NCBI RefSeq assembly: GCF_037042905.1
Contig: NC_087252.1
Span: 3,722,001 to 3,786,000 of the forward strand
Direction of reading: 5' to 3'
Length of the DNA: 64,000 nt
DNA from: Lytechinus pictus
Lineage: Eukaryota
The notes below the pieces were generated by a model, which saw only the letters and a list, made by a program, of their open reading frames with translations, did no database searches and was not told the DNA's origin. The position numbers and the translations under genes are program-made. Below are positions 12,386 to 25,131 of this stretch, piece by piece. The first letter of the stretch is position 1. Every line of letters starts with the position of its first letter.

Positions 12386-14039
12386 TTTAAAGGTCAATGA
12401 ACTCTGGCCGTGTTGGGAGTATGTGTTGAATGGGCATCATAACTAAGGAAGTTTATGGATCTAGCTCATGAAACATCGACATAAGGATAATCAAGTATGA
12501 ATGATTGTTTTGTCTTAGTTTACATGATCATGGTCAAAGGTCATTTTGGGTCAATGGGCGTAATATTTTATTATCATATTAGTGTTTTCTTCTGTGAATA
12601 ATATTCATTAGCTATTTTCAAAGGAAGCACTGCTGCTATATCGCATTGCGTAATGCAGGCGAGACTGCCAGAGGCGTTCCACTTGTTTATTGTTTGAATT
12701 ATACAATATTTCAATTTTTACAGAATTGACAATAAGGACCAGTTTTACTGAACCATAAAATGTTGGAACAATTGTAATTCCCTATGTTCATAAAGAACAA
12801 AAACTTATTTCACCTTCCAATGAGGAGAAAATTAACATGTTTCATATTTCATATAATAGAATACAAAAGAAATAGTGAGTGAGTGACGTCATCAGTCCCC
12901 TTGTTTGCATCCCGACCATCATGACCATGATATGCATATAACTTGTGAAATTTAACAAAACATTAAAATGTCATAACTTTCCTATTTTACATCCGATTTT
13001 GATGAAATGTTCAGTGTTAATAATATGCTTCTTGACTGACTGACTTTATATGTGCATAGGACGGTGTGTCCCTTCGCTCTCCTACAGGTGATCCTTTTCC
13101 ATTCAGTTCTACCCTGGGCTAGGTCTTCAGCATCCAGTAGAGGAGCCCCACATCACTTCTGACTCGGTCCCTCCATCTGGAAGGGGGACGTCCTGGTGGT
13201 CTCCACTTGTCAAAGTCATTTCTGTACGCCTGAACTGGAAAGCGGTTTTGTGACATACGGCATACATGTATGTGCACAAACCACCTCAGGCGTTTTTTGT
13301 AGCTTCCTCACATTTTGTGATTTTTGTTTTTATGCTTCTTTAATTTTTTCTCTATTCAAATTAACTTTTTGTTGGGGTGGACTTGTCCTTTAATTTCCTA
13401 TTATGAAAGTTGCCGCGCATACGCATAGATCTATATAGGACCACTCATCCAGGAATGAGGTTATATAGCCAATATTGAATTATTGATAATAGTATAAGTT
13501 ACAACAAACAACCTTCCCTAGTTGGAAAACAAGTCATTTCTCATGAGGTTTAAATGTAATATGTATGAATCTAAGAATGGCTTTTTCGTGTGGAAGGGTT
13601 GAGTACCGGTAGATAAAAAACACCTTTTAGGTGATTTAAAGGATGATTATTCTTGAAAATATGCCGAAAATCCATGTTTTTTGCATTTACATTAGAAACG
13701 TTTAGTTTTCGTGGATTTCTGTCTAAATTCTATCACCATCATTTTCTAACTTAAGCTTTAAGTTGATATTAGATTTAGCTGCCTGTTTTTCTGTTAGATC
13801 CGATTTTGCTTGACATATCGCCCCAAAATACGGTCATTTTTATACCACGCAGTTGTCATATTGTGCACCGTATGGGGGTGCGCATTCATGATCATTCATT
13901 GACAGTGACAGATCTTGGGATAAACCTTTTTTTTATCATGACCTCTGGTAGGCCCATGCACCTGATCCAAATCTGGCACTACCTCCTGGTCGTATCTATG
14001 AAATAACTTTTAAGTTTCAATCGTATCCCCTCGCGCACA

Positions 14040-14370
14040 TCAGTATGTCAATGTCCTCCGGAGTTTTAAGTTGAATCAATCTTTGTTCATATGGAAGTTT
14101 TTTTAACTCAGGTACCAATTTAGTGGCCCTTCTTTCAGTTCTTTGTACATTTTCTAGTGCATGAATATGTTTTTCAAGTAAGGACTCCATATGGCAAGTG
14201 TGGTCTGATCAAGGCTTTTACCTGGTATATATAGTAAAAAGTTCTCCTTGTATAGATAAACAAATGTTCTTATCAGATTCATTAAACTATTGGCTTTATT
14301 TATCTTTGCCTGAAAATGTTGGTAAAAACTAAGCTTTGTGTGAATGATCACACCTAAATCTTACTGGTTT
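14040..14370 (-). mobile_element. CR1-type LINE ORF2 C-terminal remnant
   Basis: Minus strand reads KLSFYQHFQAKINKANSLMNLIRTF...IWSPY and RRATKLVPELKNLPYEQRL, with frameshifts. Confidence 0.75.
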
Positions 14371-14478
14371 CAATTTGTGATAGATTACATGTATGTGTGG
14401 CGTTACCATGTGTCATTGTTTAATCATGCACTGGTTGCTTCACATACTATTATTTAATTGTAGACTCAATCCAACAAA

Positions 14479-14930
14479 GGAAAAGAGATCCATATGCACC
14501 CCCACCAAAAGTAACTAAAGATTGTCGAGACTTCCGGTTCGTTCACTTCAGATTTTTCTATTGAATATTTAGTGTTGCTTTATGTACCTTGTTTGGGACT
14601 CGAACTCATCTCGTTATGACTGCAGTCAAGACCTCTTCCCTCTGTGCTACATGTAGCGTGAAGCGCTGATACCGGAAGAGGGTTTTTAGTGATTATGAGA
14701 CAACAGTTTGACTATTCTAAATTCACAGACCCTTTTAATACTGACTATTAAACCGATGTATATGGACAATTACACGCACTCGATCCTGCTAAAAAATTGA
14801 CTGAATAAACCATATCTTGGTATGTATTTCCACTTTCCCGTCATATATATTTGGGCTAGATATAACATTTTGAACCTTTTCCATATTTTTATTTTCAATT
14901 TTAGTGGGGGTGCATATGGAACTCTTGCCC
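14479..14930. mobile_element. MITE with about 30 bp TIRs
   Basis: GGAAAAGAGATCCATATGCACCCCCACCAAAA vs TTTTAGTGGGGGTGCATATGGAACTCTTGCC, with an imperfect CAACAAA/CAAACAAA flanking duplication. Confidence 0.7.
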
Positions 14931-15128
14931 AAACAAAGTAACTACCATGTACAGTGTAGATGGCATTATGCCTGTTGGATCAAGTGAAAACAGACCTACT
15001 CTGCTGCGTTGACAATGCTCCTTTCTTGAACAAAGTTTCACCATCGGTCATCAAGTTAGTTGGGTATTTTTATCACACTGAAGTGTTAATTCTGCTTCTC
15101 CCTCAGACACATGTACAAGATTTGAAAG

Positions 15129-15337
15129 ATGGGGAAGAAAAAGAGAGGACCAGGGTCGTTAAATCTAACAGTTGGAACAAAGAAAGGGACGCTGCGTATA
15201 GCCCCTTGTATCATGATAAGAGATGGAGGCAGGTATCGGATATGGGTCAGCGAGGCAACAATGAAAGGTCTTCTTGAGATTCAGAGTCAACTCTTGTTGA
15301 GTTCATATGATGAGGTCCTGAGCGTACTGCTTGCAAG
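15129..15337 (+). CDS. ZNF gene A, constant coding exon 1 (basic N-terminus plus RHH-like beta-alpha-alpha module)
   Basis: Acceptor TTCTCCCTCAG| at 15106, ATG at 15129, donor AAG|GTTAGT at 15337 (209 nt, phase 2). Peptide MGKKKRGPG...RYRIWVSEATMKGLLEIQSQLLLSSYDEVLSVLLA. Confidence 0.75.
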
Positions 15338-16611
15338 GTTAGTGCAATATTCTAGATTTCTTATTTAATTTTCAAACTAATCAATTCACACACTCCAAGA
15401 AATCTAAACAAATGCCACCAATGTGTGTTTATAGGCATAAAGAAAAGAATCAATTCTGTCGATATTCAAAAGATTGGAAGAGTGATTTTGATATGTTGAT
15501 ATTTTGGGAGCCATGCAAAAAATCATTCAGAATCAAGACAAGGATTGTAAATATCAGATTATAGCAGATCATGATATGATACATTTATCAGACAAAACAT
15601 TGAATTCTGTCTTTCAATATGGCATTCTTGTGACATTTTGGAGGGATATCTTACTTTAAGTAAAGTGTTATTTTTTAAAGAAAAATTTCCCCTGATTTTC
15701 CTTCTTCCCATACAGTTATAAAGAGGTACTAGGCAGAAGGCACAATGCTCAAAGTGAGAGGCTGAATGATTGGTGCTGGAACAGGTATATATACAGTTTG
15801 TATCAGGGAAACTGGTTTTTTTTTTCATGGTGTACATTTTGAGCTGACGAGCCCAATTTTTAGCAACATTACAACAGTTTACAGTGAACCCTATGTGAAT
15901 ATCAAGGGCTCTATTAGTTTCCAAGGGCTCTATAGAACATTGCGCGGGCACCCGGTGTAATTTTACCCCTGATTTGTATGACTTTATTGGTCTTATTTTT
16001 TGTGCATTACATATTTGGGTTGTCTATATCTGTTTGTGCTGTATTCATTATTATGATAACTACAATTGTGGTAATTGTACATTTAAATTGCGCAATTCCT
16101 ATATTTACTGAGCTGCTCATTACAATACTTTACAAATAAGTTTACGATAAGTTTACAAAGAGTATGAATAAGTTATAATTACAGGAAAAAGGGAAGTCTA
16201 CTGTCTTTACAAATTATATAACCAAAAGTGATTTATTTGTTGAAACTCTTGAAAAAGGTAGGTTTTTAGTTTAGTGTTGAACAAGGTAATAGATAATGCG
16301 TTCTGTAGAACCGAACCTGTTCCTTTGACAGATAATCTTTATCTATGCGTTGATTATGATCTGATGTGATTTTCGAGTCACAAAGGCATATGTACATTGC
16401 ATGGCTCATTTCCAGAATAACTTACATTGTAGAAGCAATTGAATAACTGGAATGACAAACTTTATTCACGAATGCACATTTCATTGACTATCTGATGAGA
16501 TCTTTCAGGGTTTTGACAATTTTAGAGTTAAGTTTGCAATACCTCATCTGTCAAAACTGACTTTAGTTGTGATCTACCTTTCAACTGTTGATTTGTTCCT
16601 ATATAATGCAG

Positions 16612-16719
16612 CCCAGTGCAACGAACAGACTCCTGCGAACAATCTTCAAGTAGTACTATGCAATCAGCAACATCAGTCACGGTCCACAGAGAGAAATCCA
16701 GTAAACCGGCTTCATTAGG
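16612..16719 (+). CDS. ZNF gene A, constant exon 2 (108 nt, phase 2-2)
   Basis: ATGCAG|CCCAGTG...TTAGG|GTAGGA. Open frame SPVQRTDSCEQSSSSTMQSATSVTVHREKSSKPASLG links exons 1 and 3. Confidence 0.65.
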
Positions 16720-17164
16720 GTAGGAAATAATTCTGATTTTCAAGCCTGAAATTTTTGTTTCAACTTTGGGGGTAATTACTGAATTTTTTGGGCCAATTCT
16801 TTAATTTCCAAGGCTATTTTTTCCCTGCACAACAAACAATTATCATAGATGCCATTATTTAGAATATTGATTTTTTTGTAATATTACAAATTCTTGATTC
16901 TTACTGTGTCATAGCTTTTAGCATGTTTTGTAGCAAGTTCTCTGCAGACCTGTCCTAAGAGGAGGGACAACTTGAGGCTGCTTTATATAGCTGTTTGAAA
17001 GTATAACTTTATGAATGACTGACGACCCTTTCTTGTTTTTTATGAAGTATCCTTCAGCTGAATTAGCATCCAGAAACATATTGCAGTCATGCATGCATAA
17101 TCTTGAGTATGTCCATCAGTGTGGAAATCTCACATTTCTTGTCATTGTATATTCCCTTCAATAG

Positions 17165-17754
17165 AATCATTGGTAACCAGAAGGCCACTTCCAAGAGAGA
17201 GCAACAGCTATGTGAGACCTACAGCATTGTGAAGGAAGAGTATGTGGAAGACACTTTGACAGAACAGGACCCCTTGCAGGAAGGAAAGTCAGGAGACCGT
17301 AGGACAGAGAGCGAAAGAACTCTCCAGAAGTCTGGACAACCAAGAGGACCCCAAGGGTTTTTCTTGAAGCATGGTAATCTGGAAGATAGACGGACACCCT
17401 TGCTAGAAGACAAGTCAGGAGACTGTAGGACTGAGAGGGAAAGAACTCTTCAGATGTCTGAGAATCCAATAGGAACATGCGAGACTTCCTTGGATCGGGA
17501 AAGTAGACTGACAGGAGAAAGTAGGTCTACGGTACTATCAACGCAAGATCAGCAAGAAGAAGAGTCAGAAGATGACTTGTCCTATGCAGATGATGATATT
17601 AGTGATGATGGCAATAATAACCACAAGAACCTAGTGCATCCATCAGATGAAGGGGACTCAAGGTCCTCCACGTACTTGATGAAGAAAGAACCTGAGGACG
17701 ATGGTAGTTCCGGTGGTGGAAGAGCCAATGAAACACCATCCTGCAGCCAACAAG
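17165..17754 (+). CDS. ZNF gene A, constant exon 3 (acidic, psi-K-x-E motifs), ending in the common phase-1 donor
   Basis: CCCTTCAATAG|AATC acceptor, in the frame of ORF 17103-17819. Ends PSCSQQG at CAACAAG|GTTTGT. Confidence 0.85.
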
Positions 17755-19049
17755 GTTTGTTCTCATTGTCAATTGTCGTAACAAGGCATGTTCACACCTG
17801 CCTGATCACAAAAACTTAGTATTTTGTAATCGCGGTAGATTTCTGATTAAAATCTCTCAATTTCCAGATACCCAACTGGAGAAAGGGTTACAATCAAGCG
17901 CAACTTTGTAATATGTGACTCGTCATACCGAAATGAGAGACAACTCGGAATTTTTCAAATCCAAGTTTGTAGTGATTATTGTTCTCCGTTTCTTTACCTC
18001 TAATTTGATATATCACTCGACCCTTTAGAGTAAATAATAGTGGAGATATTAGCCTTAGAATGCAAGAAGAATTGGGCTTTTGAAAATAAAAATCAAGAGA
18101 AAAACGCCTTCGAAGTTTGACTTCCGTTTTGAATCCGCTCCATGAAAAAATCTATTTTGCCACCGCCGAGCTAACAAAAATGTCCTAGCAACCGCTTGCC
18201 AAAGAAGCCGAAACGATTGACCAATGAGGAGGCTGCATTTGGAACAATAGTGAACTTGCAGGTCAAGCGCGACTACAAGACGAAACAAAGTAAATGTTCT
18301 GGTTCGATATGTCAATCCACTGATCTTCTATACAGATCAGTGTAATAGCTCCATAGTTATACTGGGGTCTTATAATTATATTCGTGAAATAAATAATTGT
18401 CATGATCTCCCTTTTTAGTGAAATAAAAGGCAGGGAGAAAAGGTCGGACCTAAAACCAGTGAGGAGGGAGTATACCAATGATTTTCATTGTATCATCGTC
18501 TTGTTTAATAATAATAACAATTTCATATACCGCAAATTGCCTCTAAGCGGTTGTTTGAATGTCGATCGCGTTTACTCTCACACGTAATCTATCAAGCGAG
18601 TCATTATGACCTAAACTTTAACCGCATGTTCTAATAAAAAGAACTATCCGTTGTAAAATGGTAAGATAAGCCTTCAAAATATTTCAATTTGAACCTTATC
18701 TTTATACGAAAGGCTTGCGTGATCATGTTTTATGAATGCTTATGTTAGATTGAGGCAGTGAGAACAAAAAACGTGAATAATTTGCTCAATATCGTCTATT
18801 ATCGATCTTTTTTTTTTTTGGGGGGGGGGTATAATTATTTACAGCATTGGAATGATTCAAAATCAGTATGAAAAAAAAACAAAGATATATTAATGAAACA
18901 AAAGTTATAGAGATTCTAAAACTGATTCCGGAAAAAAAAAAATGGCATAAACGTCTTAACAAAAAGAGCGAGGAGGTACCCTGAGTAAAATCCCGCCACA
19001 ATTATTTCCAACAAAGGATAGATTAGGAGTTAAGATTTTTTTAAACTAA

Positions 19050-19410
19050 CAAGTGCACACCTAGTTACCAAGAATGCATACAACATTCCATTTATTTGAA
19101 TGCAGGATAAACCCCGGGCTTCCTATGTATAGTCAGGCACATTGGACCACTCGGCCACGACACCTCCACGAATGCTGATTTTCGGATCGATATCAAGCAC
19201 AAACAATATTTTGGTTGTGCCGTGGCCGAGTGGTCAAAGGCGCCTGGCTATACATAAAAAGTCCGGGGTTCGATCCCCGGCCGCGGCATGCACCTATGCC
19301 TGTGAGCAAGGCATTTAATGTGCAATGCTATTTTATCCTGCTTTCAAATAAATGGAAATTCTATAGGCATTATTGGTAGCTTGGTGTGCACTTGTTTAAA
19401 AAAATATATA
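19050..19410. mobile_element. Two copies of one tRNA-derived SINE in inverted, head-to-head orientation
   Basis: The + copy from about 19214 has GTGGCCGAGTGG and GGTTCGATCCC boxes. Its reverse complement (GACCACTCGGCCACGACACC and tail similarity) lies at about 19050-19165. Confidence 0.7.
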
Positions 19411-19539
19411 TATTCTAACGCAGTAATACAGATTAAGAATCAGAAGATTGTTGCAAATGCCTTGTGCAACAATGATGTCTTTGTAAGATTGAATGATTAA
19501 AGAAAGAACAATAAAAGCTGGTCGATATTTTTTCACATG

Positions 19540-20365
19540 TGTTCACTCTCAAACATATAAAGAGGATAAAAAAAATAAGACGAAGAATGGAGGAAAAATA
19601 CGGTGGGCGTGGGCAGGAAAGAGGAAGAAGAAAGAACGGCTGTGAAAAAAAATAGAAGATCGAATGGGGAGAAGAATGAATAATACAGAACAACAAAAGA
19701 AATAAGAGGAAAAAGGATGAGGAATAAGATGGTGGGGTGAGCAAGAGAGAGGAATAAGAAGGAAAAAAGGGGGAAGGAATGAGGTTAAAAAATATTGAGA
19801 GCAGATCGACGGGGGAGAAGAAAAAGATATGGAGGGGGAGAGGAATAAGATGGTGGGAATGGGCAGGGGAGAGGAAGAAGGAAAACATAAATATATAAAG
19901 AGGAACGAAAGAAAAAAAGAGGAATAAGGCGGTGGGTGAGGGAGGGAGAAAACAAAGAAGGAAAAAAGAAAGAAAACCGGCAAAAAGAGAGAAGATCGAA
20001 GGGTGAGAAGAACGAAAAACAGAATTATGTAAATAGAAACGAAAACAAGAAGAAAAGGGGAAAAATTAAAAAAAAAGTGGAGGGTGAAAAAAGGCAAGAC
20101 AGAAGAAGGAAAGGAGGGGGAAAAATCGGCAGAGAAAAAAAAAAGATCGAAAGTGAAGAAAGAAAAACAGATTAGGAGGAACGAAAGAATTAAAGAAGTG
20201 AAAGGGGATGAGATAGAATAGGGGAGGGGGTTAGAGAGAGGAGACCGAATGACCTGAATAAGAAGAGCGAACGAAAAGGGGGAGAGAGGAAGAAAGGAAG
20301 AAATAAAACACAAGAAAGACGAAAGAAGTAGGTAAGAGAATAAGAGAGAGGGAAAGAGAGAATAG
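19540..20365. repeat. Purine-rich (GA/GAA) low-complexity tract
   Basis: About 800 bp of almost pure A/G. It explains the F/S/L-rich minus-strand ORFs. Confidence 0.85.
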
Positions 20366-22469
20366 ATCTGGACACAGTCGAATGGAACAACATGACAATG
20401 ACTTTTATAAAATGTTTATTTCAATATGTGTATTTTAAATGACTAATATTTTCAATCAATGTCTTATACCATATCCCAAAAAAATGCACTAAACCTTCTG
20501 CATGGTCGTTTCGGTCATTATTCATTGGTCGACGTTAGCTGTCTCAGACTTTCTGTTTGTACAGTTATTTATTTCGCTTTCTCTATCGTTCATTCAAACA
20601 GTCATGATAAAAATTGAGGGCAACAATGTCTTGATTATAAATAATTGAAAATAATGAAGCCCACCAAGCTTTCTACATAAATTTTGTCTCTTTTGTTAAA
20701 GATACTGCAGATCAATTAACTCACATTCACGAACAAACAATACTTTTAAGGATTGTAAACCCTTTCTTTTGAAATGTTCTCTCTTGAAAACATCCCGATC
20801 ACTTGCAAATAATGGAGATAATCTTCAACATGTCCATGTTATGTTTAATGAAATTAATCCTCGCAAACAAACCGTGTTCTGAATACTTTGCGTCTCTGCA
20901 TGACTTTTATTTCGCGATTATAGCCAGGCTAATACTCTAAATCCGGTATCAATCTATCGCTAACACCCCCGCCTGGTACTATTATCACCAAAAAATAACC
21001 CTTTAGAAGTTGTATCCCGTTTGTTAACTATTGTCAAGAAGCCCCCCTTTTGAATTTCAGAATACGCATTGAAATCGATGCTTCTGATCTTTCTTTTGAA
21101 GCTGAATCATTGAACCGATCGATCGAGCGAGCGGCCACCGCCAGCTGTACACGAGTTTAAATGAATAGCCAATCAACAATGGCGTACGTTGCTAGGGGCG
21201 GAGCTTAGTATGAAGCGAAATTCGATCAAGTCGAACGTGCCAAGTATCATAAATTTTCGAATTGACCGAAAAAAACACTCGCAGAAAAACTGCTTTTTTA
21301 TCACATTCCCGTCATCAATTTCACTCATCTTTTTCACAGAGTAATTATGAAACATGGAAGAATCAGAAAATGAAAAAAAAAAAAATCTTCACAATTTTGA
21401 CTTTTTTATTTGTGTGTCGAATTCCAAGGAATTTTGATTTGCGACTTGTCTCTCATTTCGGTATGATCGATCACATATGTTTGTTTCTTTGTGGGAAAAT
21501 CAAGTTTTGTTTGAATTTTGGAGTTGCATTTGATCCCAACTCTAACCGCCAAGGGCCCAGATTCTTACTCAGAATTCTGTCACGATTGGAAAATATCAGC
21601 TAACTTTAAGGTGTGAAAGCAATCAACTTGTAATTGCCAAGGGAGAGTGCCAAAAAATAAGTATCTACCTTTCAAAATTCAGGTAACTTAAGCAGCTAGG
21701 GATCTCTCAATGGTTGGGAGAGATTTGCGGTGTGACAGGAAATTATAAATATTGAAAAATGTTGTGAGGCATAGAGTTCATGTTCATTTGCTATAGGAAT
21801 GTGGGTCTTGTAATAGCTCATGTTCGACAAGAAATTTATCTGGTTATGGCAGCTAGGCATAAAAATTGGCAAATAATTACCAGGTATTTTGAAGCTTGAG
21901 TAAGTTATATTCATTTTGTGATCAGAAAAGTTTTGAAAATAATATGGTTTGATATCAGGCACCCAATAGGTATTTGGCTGCACAAAAAGCTTATGAACCA
22001 ATTTAATACTTGAAAGATTGCAGATGATACAAAAAGAACATGCGAATTATCTACATCCATCCAGTCCTCTCATCAAATGGTCTAACTTCATTTAGTGTAA
22101 AATTGTCATTTCATCCTGTTATATTTCATGTACCATCCATTTGGTCTGATATTCATCTTATCCCATCACCAGTTGGTTCATAACTGATTCATCTACCAAC
22201 AGTTAGCCGAATGTTATAACCATTTTGTCTTCATCCAATCTGTCCGACACTTACCCGTCCAATCTTCAGTTTGTCCGATATCATTAAATGAGAAAAATAC
22301 AAGAAAGAAAAAAAACCAAAGAATTAAAGCACCATACATGTAGAGGTTGCGAGTCCAGTATTCCCCCTCCCAGCGAAAACAAAAATATTTTTAGGCAAAA
22401 AGTTTATCTTTTATTTTCAGTGGCTACATTGTACTTTACACAACCTACTGCCTAAATCTTCAACACTGT

Positions 22470-22761
22470 ATAATAATGATAATAATAATAGGCATTTATA
22501 TAGCGCTATCTATCTATACATATATTCTATTCCGAGGTGCGTCGTTATTATTATTACCCCGGCTTTAGCTCGAGCTGCCATTCAGCGCTCATGTATTCAA
22601 GGAATTAATCCTGCCCGGTACCTATTCTCCTCACCTGGGTTGAGTGCAGCACAATGTGGATAATTTCTTGCTGAAGGAAATTACGCCATGGCTGGGATTC
22701 GAACCCATGACCCTCCGTTTGAAAGTCAGAAGACTAATCCACTGGGCCACAACGCTCCACA
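22470..22761 (-). mobile_element. tRNA-derived SINE with (ATT)n tail
   Basis: Minus-strand head TGTGGAGCGTTGTGGCCCAGTGG...GGGTTCGAATCCC, with (AAT)n at about 22470-22490. A related + copy lies at about 46375-46560. Confidence 0.75.
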
Positions 22762-23662
22762 TGGGAATAAGCTATAGCATGTCAGTGAATGGGTATTTTC
22801 CAGGGCTCTTCTGAGCATTTCCAAGTCAGTGGCCGAATTGCCCCATGCCCCTATGTAATTTTTACCCTAATTTAAACACCCCCCCCCCCAACAAAAAAAT
22901 AATAATTAATTGAAACAAGAAAATAAATAAACTGCATTGTGAATCTTGGGAGCGAAAGAGCATTGCCTCCCATCTCTTTCAAATAAATAGAGTGAAAGAT
23001 TAGAGAAAGGCAATTAAAATAGGAAGAACACAAAGTAGAAGCCAGGAGACGATATTGTTTCTGGACGAAACAAATATCAAACAAAATAGTGATTGGCCCT
23101 GATGGCTATTGGACTGTAGGCCAGATGCAAATTAGGCCAAATTACTATTTGCTGAAATGGCTTTACATGTAGGGATAGTAGACCAACTGCATTTCTACCA
23201 AATAGAACATAGATGAGATGAGAGTAGACTAAATGATCATTTGATAGATCAATAGACAAGTTGGCTATTAGACCAAATGTATATAGATGTAATGATAGAC
23301 AAAGTGGCTATCGGACCAACTGGCAAAAAACACAGACCAAATGGCTATTGAACCAAGTGATAATAAATGTACATGTAATTGCTAGTAAACACGCTGGCTA
23401 TTCCATGAAATGGATTGGACAAGATGGTGATTGGACTATATATATGGACAGTGGACCAACTGATAGTAGATTTGATCATGTGATGAGTGGACGAGATGGT
23501 GATTGGACCAACTGATGGTAGATTCGATCATGTGATGAGTGGACGGGATGGCAGTAGACGAAATGGGCATAAACACACCCTGAGAATTAGAGATACATGT
23601 ATCTTGAAGCAATCATCCGTTTTAAATCAGCATTGGACATTTCACCCTGCTCTTCTACTCAG

Positions 23663-25131
23663 GTGGAAATTCAAGTATGCAGAGCACCTCTCAAGGGACT
23701 GGACACATTGAGGAAATGTCAGGTGATAAATCATGTGACAGGTCACATGGGAAAGCTCTTCCAAAAGACTTCCTATTACAAGGTGTGCAAGGAAACCATT
23801 CTGAGTTTCTGATGGGGCAAGTTGCGCAAGTGCATTTCACTATTCTCCCTTTACCAAACAAAGCAGAAAATCTTCAAGGACAGAGTGTGGCCGACAGAGC
23901 TACCCTGCCAGATCCCAATGATGAAAGATTAGATGGAGACCTTGCAGTGGGCTGTGGTGTGAAATGTGACAAAACATCAGGTGATGCATCATGTGACCGA
24001 TCATATGCTCAAGGACAAAAAGTTGCTGACCGTGCTACGATTTCGGATGGTCATGATGGAAGATTGAATGGAGACATCGCAGTGGGATGTAGCATGAAAT
24101 GTGACAGAGCGGGTGATGTCTCGCTTTGCAGATCACATTCTCAAGGACATTGTTCTGTTGACAGTGCTACTGTCTCAGATCATGAAGATGAAAGGTTGGA
24201 TGGAAACATTGCAGTGGGACATGATGAAAAACATGAAATATCAGGTGATGCATCGCAAGGCAGATCTTCTAAAGGACAGAGTATTGCTGACGGTGCTTCT
24301 GTGTCAAATCACGATGATGGAAAAGTGGATAGACGTATTGCAGTGGAGCATGAAGCGAAACCTATAAATGTAACAAACTCTTTTCAAAACAAGCAAAAAA
24401 AGTCTTCAGTATTATGTTCTCCAAGAAGCACCCAAACCAATCCTCGCAGCAAGTCGAGGGAAGATAGACCTTTCGTCTGTACAGTCTGTAATAGAGGATT
24501 TAGCCGTAAGGATAACCTGACCACCCACATGAAAATTCATCAAGCGAAGAGGCGTCGTGATCAGTGCCCGTTCTGCAAGAAAAAATTCCTTTGTAGCACT
24601 TATCTGAGGATGCACATCAAGGTGCACACAGGGGAAGAGCTTTACGTGTGTTCTTTTTGCAAAAAGACGTTTTTCAAAAGGCAAAGTCTTGATGAGCACG
24701 TTAGAACCCACACAGGAGAAAAACCATTTCAGTGCTCATACTGTAATATGAGGTTTGCCCGTGCTGATGCGTTCAAGAGGCACACTCGATCTCACAAGCG
24801 AGAAACATGCCAATTTTGTGACAAAACATTTTCCCAAGCTGACGATCTCAAGACGCACATGAAAAAGCACTCTGCAGAAAAGCCCTTTCAGTGTGGCGAT
24901 TGTGGCCAGAGTTTTGCTACGAAACTCCAGGTTGTCGATCATCAAAAAACCCACGCAGGAGAAGAACCTAACTTTTGTTCTATTTGTGACAAAAAGTTTA
25001 AGAGAAAACATGATTTTATTAGACACATGAGAGTCCATACGGGAGAAAAACCCTATCATTGTCCAGTGTGCTCCAAGAGCTTTTCGGCAAAACGCTCTCG
25101 CAATAGGCATATGAAAATGCATTCAGGTTGA
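23663..25131 (+). CDS. ZNF gene A, alternative terminal exon T1: 8 C2H2 fingers (predicted isoform 791 aa)
   Basis: CTGCTCTTCTACTCAG|GTGGAAATTC phase-1 acceptor, in frame with donor 17754 and ORF 23677-25131. Has 8 CxxC-x12-HxxxH motifs with TGEKP-type linkers. Confidence 0.9.

Larger units (their letters stand above)
17914..21475. mobile_element. About 3.56 kb non-autonomous TIR element (superfamily unresolved) in the gene A intron
   Basis: TGTGACTCGTCATACCGAAATGAGAGACAA at the left and TTGTCTCTCATTTCGGTATGATCGATCACA at the right, flanked by TA (ATAT context) on both sides. Confidence 0.8.

Noticed and set aside
19433..20393. Long F/L/S-rich or K/E/R-rich ORFs (also 30821-31253, 39671-40105, 42258-42665)
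   Set aside because: Artefacts of purine/pyrimidine low-complexity tracts.
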